From positions 1 through 19,016 of the forward strand of contig JBBRXO010000054.1 of assembly GCA_038248345.1 (NCBI GenBank): 19,016 nucleotides of DNA, given 5' to 3'. Within the stretch, counting starts at the first letter, position 1. Each line of letters opens with the position of its first letter. Positions 13,197 through 19,016 of this stretch are shown here, piece after piece. Both the position numbers and the translations under genes were made by a program. Source of the DNA: Armatimonadota bacterium. GTDB taxonomy: Bacteria; Armatimonadota; Hebobacteria; CAIYQO01. Under the pieces are notes generated by a model. That model was given only the letters and a program-made list of their open reading frames with translations, was not told the origin of the DNA and did not search any database.

Positions 13197-16100
13197 ATGA
13201 GTAGGAACAAATTATTGTTATCGCTTTCTTTAGTAGTGGCATTAGTGCTTGCAATTGGGCAAGCATTTGCCCAGTCACCGCCCAATGGCGGCATGCTCCC
13301 CGACGGTCGCACACGCACGCACATGACCAATGCCCAGCACAAAGCGGCTGCGGATCGCGCAGCGGCGAAACGCATGCTAACGCGGGCACCAATAGGTGCG
13401 CCAGTACTTGACCCGTTGGGGGTACCAGACTACTGGAACATCCCCAACTGGACTAACAGCCCCCTGTTGCGCAAATTCGTCGATACCCTGCCGGGTTTAG
13501 GTGTGGCGAATAAGAACAACCTGGGCAACTACATCCCGGTAGCAATAGCCGACACAACTACCTATCCGGGTTCGGACTACATCCAAATGGGTTTGCAGGA
13601 CTACACCCAGCAATTCCACTCCGATCTGCCCACTACCACGCAACTGCGTGGTTACATCGACTTAGCTGCCGGAGCGGATGGCAAACCGCATTATCTGGGG
13701 CCGCTGATTATCGCACACAAAGACAGACCAACACGCATCAAGTTCACTAACCAACTTCCTGTTGGCGATGCGGGCAACCTCTTCCTGCCGGTAGATACCA
13801 CCATCATGGGCGCGGGCACCGGCCCACTGGCTATGAGCGCCGGTAACATGGCGATGTACAACCAGAACCGTGCTGTCATACACATGCATGGCGGCGACAA
13901 CCCGTGGATCAGCGATGGTACCCCGCACCAGTGGATCACCCCCGCGGGTGACCCCACCCCGTATAAAAAAGGTGAAAGCACGACGAATGTCCCTGATATG
14001 CCCAACCCGGGCGATGGCTCGTCTACCTACTACTTCCCGAATGGTCTTAGCTCCCGTTTACTCTGGTTCCATGACCACTCCTACGGCATGACCCGTTTGA
14101 ACGTATATGCCGGTGAAGTGGCGGGCTATCTGCTGACAGATGACATCGAAGAGAACCTGATCAGCACTCAGAATGTGCTCCCGGATCTCGGCGGTGTATA
14201 CCATAATGGCATTCCGTTGATATTCCAGGACAAGACCTTCGTGCCAGATCCTATCAAGCTAGCCGCCACTGACCCCACCTGGGATACGCCACATTGGGGC
14301 GGCATGGGCAACCTGTGGTTCCCGCATGTCTATATGGTCAACCAGAATCCCTATGATGACTCTGGGGCTAATGCTTTCGGACGTTGGGATTATGGCCCGT
14401 GGTTCTGGCCACCTGTCACCACCATTGCCAACCAGCCGATAACATTACCTTCTGGTATTCAAATCCCGGGGACCCCCAATCCGTCTATGACGATGGAGTC
14501 CTTCCATGACACTCCGCTCATCAATGGTGCAGCTTATCCTAAAATGGCAGTAGATCGAAAAGCCTATCGCTTCAGAATACTCAATTGTGCGAATGAGCGT
14601 TTCTTCAATCTACAGTTGTACTATGTTGATCCAGCACATCCGACGGAAGTGAAGATGGTACCGGCAGTGCCGCATCCCGACGACCCCACCTGGCCAGCAA
14701 CCTGGCCCACCGATGGCCGCGATGGTGGCGTACCTGATCCGACAACCGCCGGACCGGACATCATCCAGGTCGGGACTGAAGGTGGATTCCTGCCTAACCC
14801 GGTAGTTATCCCCAGCACCCCGGTGAACTTCAACTATAACCGCCGCGATATCGTGGTGTTGAGTATCTCCACACGCGGCCTCTTCCTGGGACCAGCAGAA
14901 CGTGCAGATATAGTTGTTGACTTCTCGCAGGTTCCTGCCGGATCCAAGATCATCCTCTACAACGATGCCGGTGCTCCGGTTCCTGCATTCGACACCCGTT
15001 ACGACTACTACACCGGTAATGAGGACCAAACACCTGAAGGTGGCGCACCCCCTACTCTGGAAGGTTTCGGCCCCAATACCCGCACCATGATGCTCTTCGA
15101 GGTGTCAAATGCGCCAGCGGCACCAGCCTTTGATCTGGCTGCGCTGAATACTGCACTGCCGGTCGCTTATGCAGCTTCGCAACCGCCACATATCATCCCG
15201 CAAATTGCCGACGGTGCCGCGGAAAACACCTATGCCAACATCGCAGCTACTTCGCTCACCTTCACGCAGCTAGCATCATCTACATCCATCACTGTCCCGC
15301 TGCTACCGAAGGCACTCCATGAGCTGTTCGAGCTTGAATATGGGCGCATGAATTCGATGATGGCTATGGAATTGCCATTCACCGATTTCACTACCCAGAC
15401 GACGATACCACTGACCTTTATCGATCCCGCCACCGAAGTCTTTAAAGATGGCGAGACGCAGTTCTGGAAGATTACCCATAACGGCGTCGATACGCACGCC
15501 ATCCACTTCCATCTGTTCAATGTACAGCTAATCAACCGCGCCGGCTGGGATGGAGCAAAACGGCCACCAGAACCCAACGAACGTGGGTGGAAAGACACAC
15601 TGCTGATGAACCCGCTGGAAGATACCATCGTCGCGATGAAGGCGATAAAACCGGTCACTCCTTTCGAGATTCCAGACAGCAAACGGCTAATGGATGTGAC
15701 GATGCCGGTTGGCTCGACATTGAACTTTACGCCGGTTGATCCGTTTACCAATCAGCCGATAACGGTCACTAACAAAGTGGTGAACTTCGGGCATGAGTAT
15801 GTGTGGCATTGCCACCTGCTCGGCCATGAAGAGATGGATATGATGCGGCCGATGTCACTGCTGGTGGCACCGGGAGCGCCGATCATGGTCGGAGCGGTGG
15901 GAATAAGCCCTACCTCGGCTAGAGTAAGTTTCCTCGCCCCGATAAATATCGGTGGCAGCCCGGTATTGGGTTACTCGGTAACATCAATCCCGGCAACGAC
16001 AACTATTACAGGTACCGGCAGCCCGATTATCATGACGGGTCTGACACCTGGAGCCACCTACAGATTCAAGGTCAGTGCTACCAATGACGTTGGTACTGGG

Positions 16101-17306
16101 ACACTCTCGGGGCAATCCAATGCAGTTACTCTTCCAATAACACCCTTTGCGCCCTCCGGATTAACTGCAACACCGGTGGCAGAATCGAATAACGCACCAA
16201 AAATGAAGCTGACCTGGGTGAATAACTCAACCAACCAGACGAGCTACACCATACAAGCTTCGACGAACAGCGTGTTCAATGTCACCCCCGGATTCCGCTC
16301 ATTCACCGTGACCTCTACCAATGCAACATCCTTCACGGCAACCGGGTTGCTCCCGAATTTGATGTACTGGTTTAGAGTGACTGCTAACAATGTGAATGGA
16401 AGCTCTCCATTCTCCAACGTAGCTGTAGCGAAGATGACGGGGCAACTGCCGGGCACGCCGACGTTACTGAAGGCTGGCACCATTACTGCCACCTCCATAG
16501 CGATGAGCTGGAAGAATAACTCCGGCATCGCGACGGGGATATATGTCGAACGACAAATCGGCGCGGGTGCCTGGGCGAGATTACCCGGCTCATTAGCGCC
16601 CACGGCTACTATTTTCACCGATACCCTACTGACAACAGGGACGCTGTACAACTATCGCGTCCAGGCATTTAATGCTTATGGCGTTTCGGGATACTCGAAT
16701 ATTATCACTGTAACTACCTTGAACTCGATACCATCGACGCCGACTGCATTAGTGGCTACCCCGGATGTTGCCACTAGCATTGCCCCGACGATGACACTAA
16801 GCTGGAGAAATCTCTCGACCACTCAAACCAGCTTTACGATAGAGGCCTACACGAACGCGTTACTCATCGTCAATGGTGGGTTCAAGTCATTCACAGTAAC
16901 ACCGGGGACAGCAACAACCTTCAAAGCTACCGGACTGCTCCCCAATGTGATGTATTGGTTCCGCATCGCCGGATCAAACGCTACAGGGAATTCCCCGTTC
17001 TCTGCTACTGTAGCCGCCAGAGCAGCAGCAATACTGGCGCCTACATCGTTGGTAGTAGGACCTATAACATCCACCTCTATAGCGATGAGTTGGAATAACA
17101 ATACCACCATGGCTACGGGTATATACGTCGAGAGAAAGGTCGGGACGGGAGCATTTACCCGGATCGTTCCATCGCTACTCGCGTCAGCGACTACTTTTAC
17201 CAGTACAGGTTTGACACCATTGACAACATACCAGTATCGCATTCAGGCATTTAATGCTTATGGTGTATCTGGATACTCTAACATAATTACCGCTACCACG
17301 CCGTAA
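13197..17306 (+). CDS. Secreted multicopper oxidase with five C-terminal fibronectin type III domains (resembles the OmpB/MofA type)
   Basis: Signal peptide ending in QAFA-Q. All four copper motifs are present: IHMHG, WFHDH, HAIHFH and WHCHLLGHEEMDMM. FN3 signatures (Y.F.V.A.N..G.S..SN) occur five times; RBS GAAGGAG. Confidence 0.92.
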   Translation: MSRNKLLLSLSLVVALVLAIGQAFAQSPPNGGMLPDGRTRTHMTNAQHKAAADRAAAKRMLTRAPIGAPVLDPLGVPDYWNIPNWTNSPLLRKFVDTLPGLGVANKNNLGNYIPVAIADTTTYPGSDYIQMGLQDYTQQFHSDLPTTTQLRGYIDLAAGADGKPHYLGPLIIAHKDRPTRIKFTNQLPVGDAGNLFLPVDTTIMGAGTGPLAMSAGNMAMYNQNRAVIHMHGGDNPWISDGTPHQWITPAGDPTPYKKGESTTNVPDMPNPGDGSSTYYFPNGLSSRLLWFHDHSYGMTRLNVYAGEVAGYLLTDDIEENLISTQNVLPDLGGVYHNGIPLIFQDKTFVPDPIKLAATDPTWDTPHWGGMGNLWFPHVYMVNQNPYDDSGANAFGRWDYGPWFWPPVTTIANQPITLPSGIQIPGTPNPSMTMESFHDTPLINGAAYPKMAVDRKAYRFRILNCANERFFNLQLYYVDPAHPTEVKMVPAVPHPDDPTWPATWPTDGRDGGVPDPTTAGPDIIQVGTEGGFLPNPVVIPSTPVNFNYNRRDIVVLSISTRGLFLGPAERADIVVDFSQVPAGSKIILYNDAGAPVPAFDTRYDYYTGNEDQTPEGGAPPTLEGFGPNTRTMMLFEVSNAPAAPAFDLAALNTALPVAYAASQPPHIIPQIADGAAENTYANIAATSLTFTQLASSTSITVPLLPKALHELFELEYGRMNSMMAMELPFTDFTTQTTIPLTFIDPATEVFKDGETQFWKITHNGVDTHAIHFHLFNVQLINRAGWDGAKRPPEPNERGWKDTLLMNPLEDTIVAMKAIKPVTPFEIPDSKRLMDVTMPVGSTLNFTPVDPFTNQPITVTNKVVNFGHEYVWHCHLLGHEEMDMMRPMSLLVAPGAPIMVGAVGISPTSARVSFLAPINIGGSPVLGYSVTSIPATTTITGTGSPIIMTGLTPGATYRFKVSATNDVGTGTLSGQSNAVTLPITPFAPSGLTATPVAESNNAPKMKLTWVNNSTNQTSYTIQASTNSVFNVTPGFRSFTVTSTNATSFTATGLLPNLMYWFRVTANNVNGSSPFSNVAVAKMTGQLPGTPTLLKAGTITATSIAMSWKNNSGIATGIYVERQIGAGAWARLPGSLAPTATIFTDTLLTTGTLYNYRVQAFNAYGVSGYSNIITVTTLNSIPSTPTALVATPDVATSIAPTMTLSWRNLSTTQTSFTIEAYTNALLIVNGGFKSFTVTPGTATTFKATGLLPNVMYWFRIAGSNATGNSPFSATVAARAAAILAPTSLVVGPITSTSIAMSWNNNTTMATGIYVERKVGTGAFTRIVPSLLASATTFTSTGLTPLTTYQYRIQAFNAYGVSGYSNIITATTP

Positions 17307-17332
17307 ACTGTTAGTGTAACTATCTCTGGACT

Positions 17333-17366
17333 TCGGGGAGGGAGAAATCCCTCCCCGATTTAATTT
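17333..17366 (+). terminator. Rho-independent terminator after the multicopper oxidase
   Basis: TCGGGGAGGGA-GAAA-TCCCTCCCCGA (11-bp stem, GNRA loop) followed by TTTAATTT. Confidence 0.8.
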
Positions 17367-17461
17367 GTACGATATTGTCGGGTATTTGCTACATAATCAG
17401 CAGGTTATCCGGCGATGAGCACGAATACTAAATAAATCTCGAATTGAGAAAGGATGTTGCC

Positions 17462-17746
17462 ATGGTTGAACCGATCCAAGTTACGGGCAAGGAAGTTGCC
17501 CGCTTAAAGCTTTATACCCTCTCTACCTGTGGCTGGTGCAAAAAAACGAAGTCCTTTTTGGGGGATTTGGGAATCGCCTATGAGTACATTGATGTCGACC
17601 TACTGCCGGAGCCAGAGAAGGAGGTCGTTATGGAAGACCTGGTAAAATGGAATCCGCGCTGCTCCTTTCCCACATTGGTGGTGAATGAGCAAGAATGTAT
17701 CATTGGCTTCAGCGAAGAGAAGATACGTGAAGTGGTGGAGAAATGA
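17462..17746 (+). CDS. Glutaredoxin-like (NrdH-type) redoxin
   Basis: LYTLSTCGWCKKTK, YIDVD, SFPTLVVN and IIGF motifs; RBS AAGGA supports ATG 17462; ATGA overlap with the next gene. Confidence 0.9.
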   Translation: MVEPIQVTGKEVARLKLYTLSTCGWCKKTKSFLGDLGIAYEYIDVDLLPEPEKEVVMEDLVKWNPRCSFPTLVVNEQECIIGFSEEKIREVVEK

Positions 17747-18243
17747 GTACCATTGATGTCGCAGAGATCACTACCATATATGCTCGCCTGCTGCGTGAAG
17801 CCGCCGAGGGGGGCTACCGGCTGAACCCGGATGAGGAATTTGTCCGTGAACTGGTAGCGGGATTACTCGCTAACGAGAAACGCTATGGCTATCAGGCCTG
17901 TCCGTGTCGGCTGGCCAGCGGTGATCGTGCTAAAGACCTTGATCTGATTTGCCCGTGTGATTATCGTGATCCGGATCTGGAGGAGTATGGCACCTGTTAT
18001 TGTGCCCTCTACATCTCGGATGAAGTGATCCGGGGTGAAAAAGCGCTAGGCTCCATCCCCGAACGCCGCCCGGTCGGCGGCCCTAAAGTAGAAGTGCATG
18101 AATACGAACCGGTGAAAATAGCCGAATTACCCTTCCCGGTGTGGCGCTGCAAAGTCTGCGGCTACCTTTGTGCCCGCCCGCAGCCACCGTTGATTTGTCC
18201 TGTTTGTAAGGTTACCCGTGATCGTTTCGAGCGTTTCATGTAG
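17743..18243 (+). CDS. Ferredoxin:thioredoxin reductase catalytic-type subunit fused to a C-terminal rubredoxin-like domain (FDR-like)
   Basis: CPC..CPC..CYC [4Fe-4S]/disulfide motifs, then WRCKVCGY...PPLICPVC. Confidence 0.9.
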   Translation: MSTIDVAEITTIYARLLREAAEGGYRLNPDEEFVRELVAGLLANEKRYGYQACPCRLASGDRAKDLDLICPCDYRDPDLEEYGTCYCALYISDEVIRGEKALGSIPERRPVGGPKVEVHEYEPVKIAELPFPVWRCKVCGYLCARPQPPLICPVCKVTRDRFERFM

Positions 18244-18763
18244 CCTCGGCGAGGATCTCGTCCAATGCCGACTTAACACGTTCCCAGGTGCTCTCCAACG
18301 ATTCGGGGAGCACCCGCGTGTTGCCCAGCACCGGCATAAAGTTAGTGTCACCCGTCCAACGCGGCACCACATGCAGATGTAGATGCTCGGCTATCCCCGC
18401 CCCTGCTGACTGCCCCAGGTTCATTCCCATATTGAATCCCTGCGGATGCATGACGCGATTTAGCGTTGCCAGTGCCAGCTGCGCCAGTGTCATCATCTCC
18501 TGTAGCGTTGCAGCATTCAACTCCGTGAAATCTGCGGTGTGCTGGTACGGTATGATCATCAGATGCCCACTATTATAGGGGAAGGCATTGAGGATGATGT
18601 AGGCGAGTTTTCCGTGATACAAGATCCCGTTCTCGCGGTCTTTCTCCTGCACCGGCTTCGTGCAGAAAATACAACCGTCTCGCGGACTAGCTGTCTGCGA
18701 GATATATTCCATCCGCCACGGTGCATGCAGTCGTGCCGGGCTATGCTCAGGTTCATTACACAT
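18236..18763 (-). CDS. HIT family hydrolase (Ap4A phosphorylase/Fhit-like)
   Basis: LHAPWRMEYI, CIFC, NAFPYNSGHLM, GFNMGMNLG..AGAG and HLHLHVVPRW..D.NF motifs; exact start uncertain. Confidence 0.9.
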   Translation of the reverse strand: MCNEPEHSPARLHAPWRMEYISQTASPRDGCIFCTKPVQEKDRENGILYHGKLAYIILNAFPYNSGHLMIIPYQHTADFTELNAATLQEMMTLAQLALATLNRVMHPQGFNMGMNLGQSAGAGIAEHLHLHVVPRWTGDTNFMPVLGNTRVLPESLESTWERVKSALDEILAEAT

Positions 18764-18782
18764 GAATATTTGATTTCGGCGG

Positions 18783-18811
18783 TTGCACACTAAATACCTT
18801 CATGGTATAGT
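18783..18811 (+). promoter_or_regulatory. Sigma70-type promoter for the last ORF
   Basis: TTGCAC (18783-18788) - N17 - TATAGT (18806-18811), with TG extension. Confidence 0.55.
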
Positions 18812-18874
18812 TATTAAGAGTTCGATGGAACTTTTTGCTGATCAAATACGTATTAGCATTAAAGGGGGAATACC

Positions 18875-19016
18875 ATGAGGTTTTCACATTTAATTGTAGT
18901 TGTTTGTGCACTGTTTGCTTTAAGCACAGTGTGTCTGTCGCAAGGTGGCTACGGTGGTGGCCCAGGTGGCCCTCCAGCGCAGCCTGTAGGGGTCAAGCCA
19001 GTACAGCAATTCACCG
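18875..19016 (+). CDS. Secreted hypothetical protein, N-terminus only (truncated by the window end)
   Basis: RBS AGGGGG; MRFSHLIVVVCALFALSTVCLS-QGGYGGGPGGPPAQP... is a signal peptide followed by a Gly/Pro linker; open to the window end; absent from the ORF track. Confidence 0.65.
   Translation, partial: MRFSHLIVVVCALFALSTVCLSQGGYGGGPGGPPAQPVGVKPVQQFT

Noticed and set aside
18236..18243. 8-nt 3' overlap of the FDR-like and HIT genes
   Set aside because: Common for convergent bacterial genes; no sign of special function.

Overview
A mostly GC-rich chromosomal window from a diderm bacterium (lpxC-fabZ-lpxA present; no confident taxonomic call). It carries housekeeping and metabolic genes: the 3' end of a DUF58 gene, an Uup-type ABC-F ATPase, a fumarase/tartrate dehydratase alpha subunit, a CxxC-x17-CxxC zinc-ribbon protein, a sugar-phosphate isomerase, a nitroreductase, a TPR protein, serS, a membrane protein, an SRPBCC protein, lpxC-fabZ-lpxA, a 1369-aa secreted multicopper oxidase with five FN3 domains, a glutaredoxin plus FTR-rubredoxin fusion, a HIT hydrolase and the start of a secreted protein. 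The most interesting signal is intergenic. An AT-rich REP-associated HUH tyrosine transposase (RAYT, 6982-7585, broken by a net +1 frameshift and only half visible in the ORF track) sits in an array of ~60-bp hairpin units that face it from both sides. The same REP occurs again at 594-796. At least four other tag+hairpin families occur as inverted doublets, often nested in each other. One composite element flanks uup as an inverted pair. In two different families the terminal copy has lost its tag and become symmetrical. No CRISPR, tRNA or rRNA was seen.
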